From a virus (Duplodnaviria > Caudoviricetes): DNA of 59,892 nt. Shown in pieces: positions 34,059 through 44,011 of this stretch (position 1 is the first letter of the stretch; each line of letters starts with the position of its first letter). The position numbers were made by a program, and so were the translations under genes. The DNA lies in IMG/VR virus record IMGVR_UViG_3300020122_000432, positions 1 to 59,892 of that record. One strand, written 5' to 3'. Under the pieces are notes generated by a model. The model was not told the origin of the DNA, ran no database searches, and saw only the letters and a list, made by a program, of their open reading frames with translations.

Positions 34059-35464
34059 GCGCACTGAGTGATCCCGAGAACGTGGATCTCCGCGTTGTCG
34101 TGACCGAGGCCGGTGCGGAAGACACCGGCATGACTGAACAGGAGGCGTACGACTTCCTCACACAGCGTGGTGTCATCGCCGCGGCGGCACCGCGCATGGC
34201 CGTCGTTCCCGACACCACGGATGATGACGAACCCGATGACGACGATGATTCGGACGTCGACGTCGCGGATGAGATGACGCTCGCAATGGTCGCCCTCATC
34301 CCGACGGACGCCGACATCGCACGCATCACACTGCCGGGAGGCGAGGCTCCCGCCGATCTTCATCTCACCCTCTGGTTCCTGGGCGAGGCCGTGAACTACG
34401 CTCCCGAGACGCAGCAGACCATCGTCGCGCAGATTCAGGAGGCGTGCGTCGATCAGACGGCCGTCACCGCGGAGGCGTTCGGCGCGGCGATGTGGAATCC
34501 CCAGGGCGACACGCCCGCGGTGGTGCTCAACGTCGGCGGTGAGGCACCGTGTCGGGTCAAGGAAGAGATCGGTGAGGCACTTGAGGAGGTGTGGTCGGCT
34601 GCACTGCCCGAGCAGCACGTTCCCTGGGCGCCTCACGTGTGTCTCGCATACACCACCGACACGGGTATGCTCGTGCAGGCGATCGGTGTGTGTGGGCCCA
34701 TCACCTTCGACAAGGTGCGAGTGGCCTTCGCGGAGCAGGTGACGGACGTACCCCTGTACAATGCAACTGTGGTGCAGGTCTCCGCGTCTGCCGACGTTAC
34801 TCTCGTCGACCTCGCGCCGGCCGCACCGGCCGCCACGGGGGAGGCCGGTGCGACGGTCGACACGTCGACGCTGTCGTACGTCGGTGACGCGGTGACCCCA
34901 CCCGCGGAGCTCAACCTCGCGAGTCTCTCACCGACCGGCTGGTTCGGAGTTATCTGCGTCGAGGGCATCGAGTCGGGTGACGGCCGGGTGTTCTCGAGCA
35001 ACGCGCTCTCGTGGGCCAACCCACCGCTGCCGCTGATGTGGCAGCAGGAGACGCAGCAGGGTCACGACGGCGCGGTACTGGTCGGGAACATTCAGCAGGT
35101 CGTCCGCGCCGCACCCTACATCTGGGCCATGGGCGAGTTCGACGTGCAGTCTCCCGAGGGACAGCAAGCGTGGCGACTCAACCAGCAGGGTTTCCTCAGC
35201 GGTGTGTCGGTCGACGTCGACTCGATCAAGGACGCGGATGTGGAGCTGGTCTTCCCGGCCGGTGATGACGCCGCACTGGACGAGGGTTTCATGGACCTGT
35301 TCGGTCCGCCACCCGACCAGACGATCTTCCACGCGGGTCGCGTCCGCGGCGCCACTCTCTGCAACATTCCCGCGTTCGTGGAGGCAGCGATCAAGCCGGC
35401 CAGCGAGTACACACTCGCGGAACCGGAGGACGACGCGTCCGAGTACGACGACATGCTCATCTGA
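34055..35464 (+). CDS. 2H phosphoesterase domain fused to a capsid maturation protease-like domain
   Basis: DLHLTL and APHVCL 2H motifs; EGIESGDGR, GHDGA, GVSVD, IPAF protease-like motifs. Confidence 0.75.
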   Translation: MSALSDPENVDLRVVVTEAGAEDTGMTEQEAYDFLTQRGVIAAAAPRMAVVPDTTDDDEPDDDDDSDVDVADEMTLAMVALIPTDADIARITLPGGEAPADLHLTLWFLGEAVNYAPETQQTIVAQIQEACVDQTAVTAEAFGAAMWNPQGDTPAVVLNVGGEAPCRVKEEIGEALEEVWSAALPEQHVPWAPHVCLAYTTDTGMLVQAIGVCGPITFDKVRVAFAEQVTDVPLYNATVVQVSASADVTLVDLAPAAPAATGEAGATVDTSTLSYVGDAVTPPAELNLASLSPTGWFGVICVEGIESGDGRVFSSNALSWANPPLPLMWQQETQQGHDGAVLVGNIQQVVRAAPYIWAMGEFDVQSPEGQQAWRLNQQGFLSGVSVDVDSIKDADVELVFPAGDDAALDEGFMDLFGPPPDQTIFHAGRVRGATLCNIPAFVEAAIKPASEYTLAEPEDDASEYDDMLI

Positions 35465-35479
35465 CAGGAGATCAGACAC

Positions 35480-36223
35480 ATGGACCTCATGAGCCTGGCG
35501 GCGACGGGCACGGGTAAGTACTCCGCGCCGCCCGACTACTACTTCGAGAACCCGGGCTTCACGCAGCCCACGCCGCTCCAAGTGGATGACGACGGACACG
35601 TGCGTGGGCACGCGGCCCTCTGGGGAACGTGTCACACCGCGTTCGCCGACGCGTGCGTCACACCACCGCGTGAGTCCTCACACGACTACTACCGGCTTGG
35701 TGAGGTCGTCACGCGGTCGGGAGCACGCGTTTCCGTCGGCTCGATCACCATGGGTACGGGTCACGCACCGATCCAGGGAATCGACCCGCGCCGCGCCGCC
35801 GAGCACTACGATCACACCGGTCACGCCGTCGCGTACGTCGCGTCGGGTGAGGACCGGTTCGGCATCTGGGTGGCCGGCATGGTGTCACCCCAGGCCACGC
35901 AGCAGCAGGTAGCTGCTCTTCGTGGCTCGAAGCTCTCGGGTGACTGGCGGCGACTCGGCGGTAAGCTGCGTCTCGTGGCGATGCTCGCGGTGAACGTGCC
36001 CGGGTTCCCGGTGCCGCGCATGCGCACGGGTGTCACGGCCGGCGCGCAGCTTGCGCTGGTTGCATCCGGCATCGTGCCGTCGCAGGCCGCGTTCGACCGG
36101 CGGCGCGAGCAGCTCGCGTTCCAGACACTGCGCGACCGTGTGAAGGTGCGTGTGCACGGCGATCCCAGTGTGCTAATTGCATCCGCCCGGGCAGAACTCA
36201 TTGAGCGAGTGAGGGGTAAGTAA
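35480..36223 (+). CDS. Head morphogenesis protein (resembles the C-terminal part of cluster-B-like protease fusions)
   Basis: GHAALWGTCH, SGDWR, VNVPGFP motifs. Confidence 0.7.
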   Translation: MDLMSLAATGTGKYSAPPDYYFENPGFTQPTPLQVDDDGHVRGHAALWGTCHTAFADACVTPPRESSHDYYRLGEVVTRSGARVSVGSITMGTGHAPIQGIDPRRAAEHYDHTGHAVAYVASGEDRFGIWVAGMVSPQATQQQVAALRGSKLSGDWRRLGGKLRLVAMLAVNVPGFPVPRMRTGVTAGAQLALVASGIVPSQAAFDRRREQLAFQTLRDRVKVRVHGDPSVLIASARAELIERVRGK

Positions 36224-36224
36224 C

Positions 36225-36371
36225 GTGTGTGCGTGTGGTCAGCCCAAGGAGGTCATTACCTCCGCGCAACTGCAGGCGGAGGCAGACGCTCGCATGCGTG
36301 CGCTGCAGGTCGAGACTGACGCGGCGATCCGGAACGCGGCGTCCGCGGTGCTCAACGCATCGGGTCGCTAG
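36225..36371 (+). CDS. Small head-region protein (MCACG...)
   Basis: 48-aa ORF filling the gap before the capsid gene. Confidence 0.6.
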   Translation: MCACGQPKEVITSAQLQAEADARMRALQVETDAAIRNAASAVLNASGR

Positions 36372-36477
36372 CTCACGTCTCTCACGCTCGGTGAGAGCGA
36401 CCTGCTAGTATACCCTCACCAGGTCACGCTGAGGTCTCACGGTGACCTCACAGTCCACAGTCACGGGGGTCATCCCA

Positions 36478-38190
36478 ATGGGTAAGAAGGTAACCTTCCC
36501 CGAGGATCTCAGCGCTCTGACCGACGACGCGCTGAGCCGCCTCGAGACCGACGCGGTCGCGGAGTTCGACGAGCTCACGGCGAAGGACAACTTCGGAGCC
36601 GACGACCTAGCGCGATCCACCGCGCTGGCCGACGGCATCGAGGCCGTTCGCACCGAGCAGACCGCTCGCGTCGAGGCCGCGAACGAGCTAGCGAACCAGC
36701 GCGAGGCACTGAAGGCCCGGGTCAAGCCGGCCGCGGAGCCCGAGGGTGAGCCGGTCGAGGACGACGGCGCCGCGGACGGGGGAGCACCGGCCGAGCCGGC
36801 TCTCGCCGCCGGCGCCAAGACGAAGGTCCCGGTCGAGGACGTTCTCGCCAGTGGCAACAAGATGAACTCGCGCCTCACCGAGGCAGCCACGCTGCAGCGC
36901 CGGAACATGGCGACGCTACCACGCATGGGTGAGCCGGTGCTGGTCGCGTCAGCCGACATCCGCGGCTTCACGCAGGGTGCGGAGATCAGCGGCATGAGCG
37001 GTCTCATCGCCGCGATGCAGGCTCGCGCCAAGACCCTCCCGGACGGCAAGGGCCTGCACAACTTCGTGCCGGTCGCGCAGCTGCAGCGGGACTTCCGCTA
37101 CAAGACAGACATCGACGCCGGTCACGACGAGATCGTCGAGATCCTCCAGGCCGCGGGCAACGCGCAGGCACTGGTCGCCGCCGGCGGCTGGTGCTCACCC
37201 TCGGAGATCTCGTACGACTTCTTCAACATCGTGTGCGAGGACGGCATGCTCGACGTGCCAACCGTCGGCATCCGTCGCGGCGGCATGCGCTGGCCCACGT
37301 CACCGAGCTTCGGCGACCTGGCGTCGTCCACCGGTCTCTGGGTCTGGAACGAGACACAGGACATCGCGGCGCTGACCGGCACCGCGCAGTCCGGCACCAA
37401 GACCTGCGCGCACGTCCCGTGTGCGTCGTTCAACGAGGCCCGGCTCGACTGCGACGGCCTGTGCATCACGGCCGGCAACCTCTCCACCGACGCGTGGCCC
37501 GAGCAGCTCTCGAACTACATGAAGCTGGTCATGGCCGCGCACGCGCACCGCGTGAACGCGCGACTGATCCTCAAGCTCGCGAACCTGTGCAACGCGAACG
37601 CCGTCTCACTGGGCGTCACGGGCCAGGGTGTCGCCACGCCGGTCCTCGACGCCGTCGAGCTGATGGCGGTCGACTACCGCAACAAGTACGCGATGTGTGA
37701 TGACGCCACGCTCGAGGCCGTGTTCCCCGGCTGGCTACTCGCGATGTTCCGCGCGGACCTCGCGAAGCGCAAGGGCTGGGACTCGCCGGGTTCCGCGTTC
37801 AACATCACGAACGCCGAGATCGCGTCGTGGCTCACGCTGCGCGGCATCTCCGCGCAGTTCGTGCAGGACTGGCAGGTGCGTGGTCTCACCGCACTCGGCG
37901 CCTCGGGTGCGACCAACATCGGTGCCGCGTCGCCGGCCACCGCGTGGCCCACGCAGGTCTCGTTCATGATCTACGCGGCCGGCACGTTCGTCAAGGGCAA
38001 CGGTATGACGCTGGACCTCGGCGTCATCCGGGACTCCACGCTCAACGCGACGAACGACTACACCGCCGCGTGGTCCGAGGACTGCTGGCTGGTGGCGAAC
38101 CCGGGTCACGAGGGTCGGCTGGTCACCGTGCCGCTGTGCGCCAACGGCGCGGTCGCGTCGGACACCACGTACGCCTGCCCGGCACTGTAG
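36478..38190 (+). CDS. Major capsid (hexamer) protein with N-terminal scaffold domain
   Basis: ALVAAGGWCSPSEISYD motif; coiled-coil N-terminus. Confidence 0.88.
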   Translation: MGKKVTFPEDLSALTDDALSRLETDAVAEFDELTAKDNFGADDLARSTALADGIEAVRTEQTARVEAANELANQREALKARVKPAAEPEGEPVEDDGAADGGAPAEPALAAGAKTKVPVEDVLASGNKMNSRLTEAATLQRRNMATLPRMGEPVLVASADIRGFTQGAEISGMSGLIAAMQARAKTLPDGKGLHNFVPVAQLQRDFRYKTDIDAGHDEIVEILQAAGNAQALVAAGGWCSPSEISYDFFNIVCEDGMLDVPTVGIRRGGMRWPTSPSFGDLASSTGLWVWNETQDIAALTGTAQSGTKTCAHVPCASFNEARLDCDGLCITAGNLSTDAWPEQLSNYMKLVMAAHAHRVNARLILKLANLCNANAVSLGVTGQGVATPVLDAVELMAVDYRNKYAMCDDATLEAVFPGWLLAMFRADLAKRKGWDSPGSAFNITNAEIASWLTLRGISAQFVQDWQVRGLTALGASGATNIGAASPATAWPTQVSFMIYAAGTFVKGNGMTLDLGVIRDSTLNATNDYTAAWSEDCWLVANPGHEGRLVTVPLCANGAVASDTTYACPAL

Positions 38191-38233
38191 TTGACACGAA
38201 CGCTGACGGACCGGTGATGGGAGGAGAGGCACG

Positions 38234-39148
38234 ATGACGTACGCTCGCCAGAACGTCGCCGGTCCGTCCGTGCAGGTCAACCCGTACGCCCTGATGGACG
38301 CGGTCGACTGGCGCACGTTGTCAGATCCTCACGTCCTGCAGGGCATCACGTGGCAGAGCGTCTGTCCCGCGACGTCGAAGACGACGCTCGACTCGTGTTA
38401 CCGCGGCGACATCGTGGCGCCCAAGTCGAAGACGACAGCGTACATCACTCGCGGTGCGACGCCGTTCACGGTGTTCACCGAGATCGACTGCTCGCCGCCG
38501 GGCTTCTGGGACAACGCGGACGCGAACGTGGCGGCCGCGCACGAGCTCGGCGCGCGAGCGGCGATCGAGCAGGTGCTGCAGACGGGCAGCGTCGCCGGCA
38601 CGGGTCAGGCGCAGTTCCCACACCTCGCCGCGAACACGCAGGTGCTCGACCAGGGAGTCGTGCCGGTCGCGCAGAACATCGTGCTGCAGATGGCGGCCCA
38701 GTCTGTGACGGGTGTCCCCCTGGATATGAGCGAGGCGATCGCGCGACTCGAGGGCATCCTTAACCCGTGCATCAACGGCCTGGGTGCGGTTCACCTGACG
38801 CGCGCGGCATTCGAGCTGCTCGCGGCGAACTTTCTACTTAAGTGGACCAACAACCTACCCTACACGATGGGTGGCAATCGCATCATCGTAGGTGATGGGT
38901 ACAAGGACGTCGCTCCCGACGGCTCGGTGGCCGCCGCGGGCAACACGTGGATCTACGGCACCGGGCCGCTGTTCGGCTACCGCAGCGGGATCAGGACGTT
39001 CCCAGACATTTCACAGCTCGACCGCAACGTGAACACACTGAAGGTCATCGTCGAGGAGACGTTCGTCATCGCGTATGACTGCTGCCTGGCGGCGGTCGAG
39101 GTGACACTCGGCGGTAAGATCAGCGGCTCGTTCAACAGCCCGACGTAA
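38234..39148 (+). CDS. Capsid pentamer / second capsid protein
   Basis: Follows the major capsid gene; PFTV...C, GDGY, WIYGTGP, as in cluster-B-like phages. Confidence 0.7.
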   Translation: MTYARQNVAGPSVQVNPYALMDAVDWRTLSDPHVLQGITWQSVCPATSKTTLDSCYRGDIVAPKSKTTAYITRGATPFTVFTEIDCSPPGFWDNADANVAAAHELGARAAIEQVLQTGSVAGTGQAQFPHLAANTQVLDQGVVPVAQNIVLQMAAQSVTGVPLDMSEAIARLEGILNPCINGLGAVHLTRAAFELLAANFLLKWTNNLPYTMGGNRIIVGDGYKDVAPDGSVAAAGNTWIYGTGPLFGYRSGIRTFPDISQLDRNVNTLKVIVEETFVIAYDCCLAAVEVTLGGKISGSFNSPT

Positions 39149-39161
39149 CACGGGGGATAAC

Positions 39162-39836
39162 GTGACATCGCTCTGCGTCTCACCCATCAAGGGCCGCATC
39201 ATGCGGATCATCAAGCTCGATGTCTGCGGCAACCCAGTCACGGGCGCGAGCAGCGCCGTCGTCGTGATGGACGGCTTCGTCTCCATGAAGGCGACACCCG
39301 TCTACGAGGACGGCACGGAGTACGTGAAGAAGCGTGCCGACGGCACGCTCTGCGTCAACACGAAGGACCCGGGACAGCTGAAGCGCGTCACCCTGGACGG
39401 CGACTGGTGCATCCTGGACCCGGATGCCATCGTCGTGAAGAACGGCGCGCGGCTGCTCTCCGCCAGCGCCACCGGCACGGGCGTGGTCGTTAGCAACCTC
39501 GCACCGCTGAGCGCACACTACTCACTCGAGGTGTGGCAGGCGATCTCGGGTATCAACGCGTGCACCTTCACGGGTGCGCAGCAGTACGTGTACTGGGCCT
39601 TCCCCAACGTGACGAACTGTCAGATCCAGGACTTCACCTTCCAGAACGACGTGTTCGACTGGAAGGAGACGGCGGAGGCATTCGCGTCGGGTCTCCTCTG
39701 GGGCACCGCGCCGACGGCGAGTCCACCCAACACGTATCTTGGTGGCTCGTCGTTCGTGCCCGGCGACGTGTACGCTTACAACGTCACGTCGGTGGCACCG
39801 CCGGTCGCCGCGTGTGGAGCGGTGCTGCTGGCTTAG
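39162..39836 (+). CDS. Major tail tube protein
   Basis: KGRIMRIIKLDVCG, ADGTLC, SLEVW motifs. Confidence 0.75.
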   Translation: MTSLCVSPIKGRIMRIIKLDVCGNPVTGASSAVVVMDGFVSMKATPVYEDGTEYVKKRADGTLCVNTKDPGQLKRVTLDGDWCILDPDAIVVKNGARLLSASATGTGVVVSNLAPLSAHYSLEVWQAISGINACTFTGAQQYVYWAFPNVTNCQIQDFTFQNDVFDWKETAEAFASGLLWGTAPTASPPNTYLGGSSFVPGDVYAYNVTSVAPPVAACGAVLLA

Positions 39837-39910
39837 TCGGGTTGGGTTGGCCGGGAGGCCGCGAGTCGGGTCGTCCCGGCCCGCGGCCTCAGCCTTGAGG
39901 GAGGTGAGAC

Positions 39911-41179
39911 GTGACGGCGTACGGCTACGTCGGTGGCGACCCGAGCAAGCTCAACGTCGCCGGCTACTCCCAGGGTGATGTGGTCGCGGCCGACAACACC
40001 GGTCACCTGCAGCGTGTCGCGGTCGGGACCTCCGGGAACGTGTTGACGGCCAACAGTGGTGCGGCCGAGGGAGTCGACTGGCAGCCGGCCGGTGGCTCCG
40101 GAGGGGGCGTTCCGTCGTCACGAAAGATCACAGCAACGGCGCCGATCACGGGTGGCGGTGACCTCTCGGTCGACCGCGTGATCGGCTTCGACCCGACGCA
40201 AGTGCCGCTAAACGCGTTCAGCGAGGGTCAGGTCGCCGGCCTCATCAGTGACCTCAACACACTCGCGACCAGCATCGCGGCACGCGCGCTCGCGTCACGC
40301 ATCATCAGTGCGACCTCACCGCTGACCGGTGGCGGTGACCTGACCCAGGACCGCTCGATCGGTTTCAATCCCGCGAACGTCGCCAACGGTGCGTTCACGG
40401 AGGCGCAGGTCGCGGGTCTCGTCACCGACCTGACGAACATCAACACGGCCATCAACGGTAAGCAAGCGAGTGCGGCGGGACTCACCTCCCTGGCCGCGCT
40501 CAACGGTGCGGGCTTCGTCATCGCCACAAGTGCGAGTGTCTACTCGGTGCGCGCGCTGAACGCGAGCGACATACCCGCGCTGGACGCGGGCAAGATCACG
40601 ACCGGCGTGATGAACCAGAACCGATTGCCCACGCCAGACGCGGTACAGAACCTGGTATCGGGCGCGTGGTACGCCATTCCGAACCAGGGAAGCGTCAGCC
40701 AGACTGCCGCACTTACCGCGAATACCGCGCTGCTGATCTTGCTCTGCATCATGCGTGATGCGACGCTGACGGGTCTCGCCGTCGAGGTGGTGGCCACCGA
40801 CACGGGTACGATACGCTTCGGTCTGGCGAGTGACACTAACGGCCAGCCGGGTTCATACACCAACGACTTCGGCACGGTGACCGCGGGTGGCGCCGGTCTC
40901 GTGCAGCCCGCGTCAACACCCAACGTCGCACTCACCGCCGGCACGCGCATGTGGGTCGTCATCGCACCGCAGGGCGGTGGCGGCACACTTACACTTCGCA
41001 ACCGCTCGGGCTGTGACCCATCCATCCCACTCACCGTCGCGTCGAACGTCACACCCGGCACGGTGAACGCGATCCGCAACGCGTACACGTCCGTGGGTGT
41101 GTCGGGTGCGCTGGGTTCCGGTGGGGTGTCACTGAGTGCGGTCGGTTCGGGTCCCGTCGTCGCGTGTCGACTTACGTGA
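39911..41179 (+). CDS. Fiber-like virion protein
   Basis: Duplicated TGGGDL..DR.IGF repeat; LDAGKITTG...RLP; G/T/A-rich. Confidence 0.6.
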   Translation: MTAYGYVGGDPSKLNVAGYSQGDVVAADNTGHLQRVAVGTSGNVLTANSGAAEGVDWQPAGGSGGGVPSSRKITATAPITGGGDLSVDRVIGFDPTQVPLNAFSEGQVAGLISDLNTLATSIAARALASRIISATSPLTGGGDLTQDRSIGFNPANVANGAFTEAQVAGLVTDLTNINTAINGKQASAAGLTSLAALNGAGFVIATSASVYSVRALNASDIPALDAGKITTGVMNQNRLPTPDAVQNLVSGAWYAIPNQGSVSQTAALTANTALLILLCIMRDATLTGLAVEVVATDTGTIRFGLASDTNGQPGSYTNDFGTVTAGGAGLVQPASTPNVALTAGTRMWVVIAPQGGGGTLTLRNRSGCDPSIPLTVASNVTPGTVNAIRNAYTSVGVSGALGSGGVSLSAVGSGPVVACRLT

Positions 41180-41190
41180 GGAGGTAGTCA

Positions 41191-42309
41191 GTGACGCAGC
41201 CAACTCCCTCCTACCAGCAGGGTGCGACCGCGAACTTCAATGCGCAGTTCAGCCAGTACGCGGGTGGCGCGCCCATCGACGTCACGGGTCTGCAGTGGAC
41301 GATCTACTCGTACGCGCAAGCGAGCAACGTGAACGGTCCGACGAACGTCGGCATCACGCATCCGGCCACTGGTCTCTACACGACGTCGTACGTGATCCCG
41401 CCCAACCTGCCCGTCGGACAGTACGCGATCATCTGGACGGCGAACGAGGCAAACACGTTCGAGAACTTCAACGTCATCACCGCGGCGCAGGCGACGAACG
41501 ACACCCGGGATCCGTGTGGCTGGGGCAACCCGGTGTGGACGTGTGATATCACCTCATTCTCACCGACCGTCACGGGACAGGCCGCCGCCGCGGCGGCGGA
41601 GATACTCAACGGTCTCACGGGCTACCAGTTCGGCGCGTGTCAGATGACGATCCGGCCGTGTCGTCGCTCGTGCTGGGACGCGACGTGGCCGTTCAACTAC
41701 TCGGCGTGGTGGCAGTTCGGGTACTGGCCACGACCGCTCTTCTACAACGGTGTGTGGTACAACCTCACGTGCGGCGGCTGCCTGGGTGACTGCTCGTGCA
41801 CCATCATCTCGGAGGCACTGCTTCCCGCACCCGTGAACACGATCATCGAGGTGAAGGTCGACGGCGTCGCACTCACACCGAACGTGGACTACCGGCTGGA
41901 CAACTACCGACGTCTCGTAAAGCTCGGAACCGGGAAGAACGCGGAGTGGCCGCTGTGCAATGACCTCTCCCTGGATGACTCGCAGGTCGGGACGTGGTCC
42001 GTCACTCTCACGGTGGGCAACCCGCTTCCGATGATCGGGAGCATCGCGTACGGAGAGCTGGCGTCGCAGCTCGCGAAGCTCATCGCGTGTGACGAGAGCT
42101 GCACACTGCCGAAGCCGGTGCAGCAGATCGTGCGGCAGGGTGTCACACTGAACTTTCTCGACCCGAACGAGATCTTCGCGAACGGTCGCATTGGGCTCTA
42201 CCTCTGCGATCTCTTCATCACCACGTACAACCCCAACAAGCTCATGAATGCCGCCGCAGTGTACGACGTCGACGCGACGGACGGGCAGACGTACCGGATC
42301 ACGGGGTGA
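41191..42309 (+). CDS. Head-to-tail adaptor with N-terminal Ig-like domain
   Basis: Cys-rich; WPLCND and RQGV motifs; synteny. Confidence 0.7.
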   Translation: MTQPTPSYQQGATANFNAQFSQYAGGAPIDVTGLQWTIYSYAQASNVNGPTNVGITHPATGLYTTSYVIPPNLPVGQYAIIWTANEANTFENFNVITAAQATNDTRDPCGWGNPVWTCDITSFSPTVTGQAAAAAAEILNGLTGYQFGACQMTIRPCRRSCWDATWPFNYSAWWQFGYWPRPLFYNGVWYNLTCGGCLGDCSCTIISEALLPAPVNTIIEVKVDGVALTPNVDYRLDNYRRLVKLGTGKNAEWPLCNDLSLDDSQVGTWSVTLTVGNPLPMIGSIAYGELASQLAKLIACDESCTLPKPVQQIVRQGVTLNFLDPNEIFANGRIGLYLCDLFITTYNPNKLMNAAAVYDVDATDGQTYRITG

Positions 42310-42312
42310 GCG

Positions 42313-42864
42313 ATGTACCCGCCGAACATGTACACGGTCACATCGATCTCCGCCATGATGAGTGCGGTGCTCACGGGTAACGGGATCGCTCTGGCCGCGA
42401 CGTCGCGCGGTGCGGTCGACCGACAGCTCATCACAATCGGTGAGCCGGTGTGGGATGAGTGTGACTGCGGCACACTCATCGCGGCACTCAACAGTGTGTA
42501 TCCGTCCGAGGCATTTCCCGCGAGTGCGGTCGACCGGCGCGTCGCCAACTGCGAGCGTGGGCACATCGTCGCGGACTGCTCGCTTCACCTGGTGCGCTGC
42601 ATGTTCACGGTGACGGAGGACGCGCAGGCACCCAGCGCCAGTGGGATGACCACACAGGGACTGGCCGTCTTCGAGGACGAGTACTTCCTGCGGCAGACGA
42701 CGACATGCATACTCAACGGCCTGTATAAGCTGCCACCCGGTCCCGCGAGCATCACCGACTACGTCGTCAACGACGCGCTCCCCCTGGGACCGCAGGGTGC
42801 GTGTGGTGGGATCAAGCTGAACTTCAAGGTGGGCTTCGGCCGTAACTGCGAGTGCATCACGTGA
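42313..42864 (+). CDS. Neck / tail terminator-like protein
   Basis: WDECDCG, LVRC, GPQGACGG; synteny. Confidence 0.6.
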   Translation: MYPPNMYTVTSISAMMSAVLTGNGIALAATSRGAVDRQLITIGEPVWDECDCGTLIAALNSVYPSEAFPASAVDRRVANCERGHIVADCSLHLVRCMFTVTEDAQAPSASGMTTQGLAVFEDEYFLRQTTTCILNGLYKLPPGPASITDYVVNDALPLGPQGACGGIKLNFKVGFGRNCECIT

Positions 42865-43292
42865 CGGCGCACTTGTCACATCGCATTGATGACCGGGCGA
42901 TTCAGGCACTGCTGACGTCGCCGCAGGGTGGCGTCATTAAGGACCTCCTTCGGCGCGGACTCAAGGTCGAGTCGAAGGCGAAGCTTAACCTGCAATCGGA
43001 TCCTCGTCGCGTCAACACGGGACGACTGCGTGGCAGCATACGCACCACTCTGGTCAGTGTCGCCGGGAAGCCCGCGGTGCGAGTCGGCACGACGGTGTTC
43101 TACGCACTCTACGTTCACGACGGAACGGGTCTCTATGGACCGAAGCACTCACTCATCTACCCACGTAAGAAGAAGGTGCTTCGCTGGAAGGCCAGCTACG
43201 GTAAGAAGGGCGGCTACGCGTACGCGCGCTATACTCGCGGCATGCGTCCCAATCCATTCCTGAAGAACGCACTCTCGGCCGCGAAGGGCTAG
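42861..43292 (+). CDS. HK97 gp10-like tail completion protein
   Basis: TGRLRGSI, YALYVHDGT, PNPFL. Confidence 0.8.
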   Translation: MTAHLSHRIDDRAIQALLTSPQGGVIKDLLRRGLKVESKAKLNLQSDPRRVNTGRLRGSIRTTLVSVAGKPAVRVGTTVFYALYVHDGTGLYGPKHSLIYPRKKKVLRWKASYGKKGGYAYARYTRGMRPNPFLKNALSAAKG

Positions 43293-43339
43293 ATCGATGG
43301 GTGTCGATAGAGCACGGTGGGTTGGTAGTCTAACCCCAC

Positions 43340-43771
43340 GTGACGACACCCAGGGAGATTATCTTGCAGGAAGACCAGGTCACGATCCGCGACTTCTCGA
43401 TGAGCATCGAACCCAAGAAGTTCCGCGTGAACGACGACATCTTCGAGGCCGCGCCGCAGCTGCCACTCTCGCTGCTCGGCATGGTGCCGAAGTTCAAGTC
43501 GATCGCGGCGGAACCCGAGAAGTCGCGCGACACACTTCTCGAGTTCTTCGACGAGATCCTGCTCGACGGCTCGGCGGCGAAGTTCAGGGAGCGCGTGCTC
43601 TCAAAGACGGCACCCATCGGAATGCCCCAGATGATGAACATCATCACGTGGCTGCTGGAGGAGTATGGACTCCGCCCTACGGAGCCATCCTCGGACTCGT
43701 CGATTACCTGGCCGGGCCTGGCTGGTATGAGTTCGACGGATGGTGCCTCAGCCGCGGCGTCGACCCCCTAG
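43340..43771 (+). CDS. Tail assembly chaperone (G)
   Basis: Upstream of the tape measure gene; RPT followed by a Ser-rich tail. Confidence 0.75.
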   Translation: MTTPREIILQEDQVTIRDFSMSIEPKKFRVNDDIFEAAPQLPLSLLGMVPKFKSIAAEPEKSRDTLLEFFDEILLDGSAAKFRERVLSKTAPIGMPQMMNIITWLLEEYGLRPTEPSSDSSITWPGLAGMSSTDGASAAASTP

Positions 43772-44007
43772 CACTGTCGTTCCCACGACTGCTGAACCTC
43801 ACGTTTCGCTGGCTCATGCGCTTCGCGGAGCTTCAGCTTAGTGAGGACGGTGTGAAGCACCGCGACACGATGCTCAACAACTTCACGGGACGTCTCATCA
43901 GTCGCTCGGTCCCGGTGTACATTCCGAGCGTGCGGCGAAGCGTCGTACCGCCGTCCTGGTGGAACGACGAGCAGGACCTTCCGATCATACTGGCACCACC
44001 GAGGTGA
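43675..44007 (+). CDS. Tail assembly chaperone extension (T), probably by -1 frameshift
   Basis: The -1 frame reads PYGAILGL...WYEFDGWCLSRGVDPL; CGC CCT ACG at 43673. Confidence 0.6.
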   Translation, partial: PYGAILGLVDYLAGPGWYEFDGWCLSRGVDPLALSFPRLLNLTFRWLMRFAELQLSEDGVKHRDTMLNNFTGRLISRSVPVYIPSVRRSVVPPSWWNDEQDLPIILAPPR

Positions 44008-44011
44008 CACG

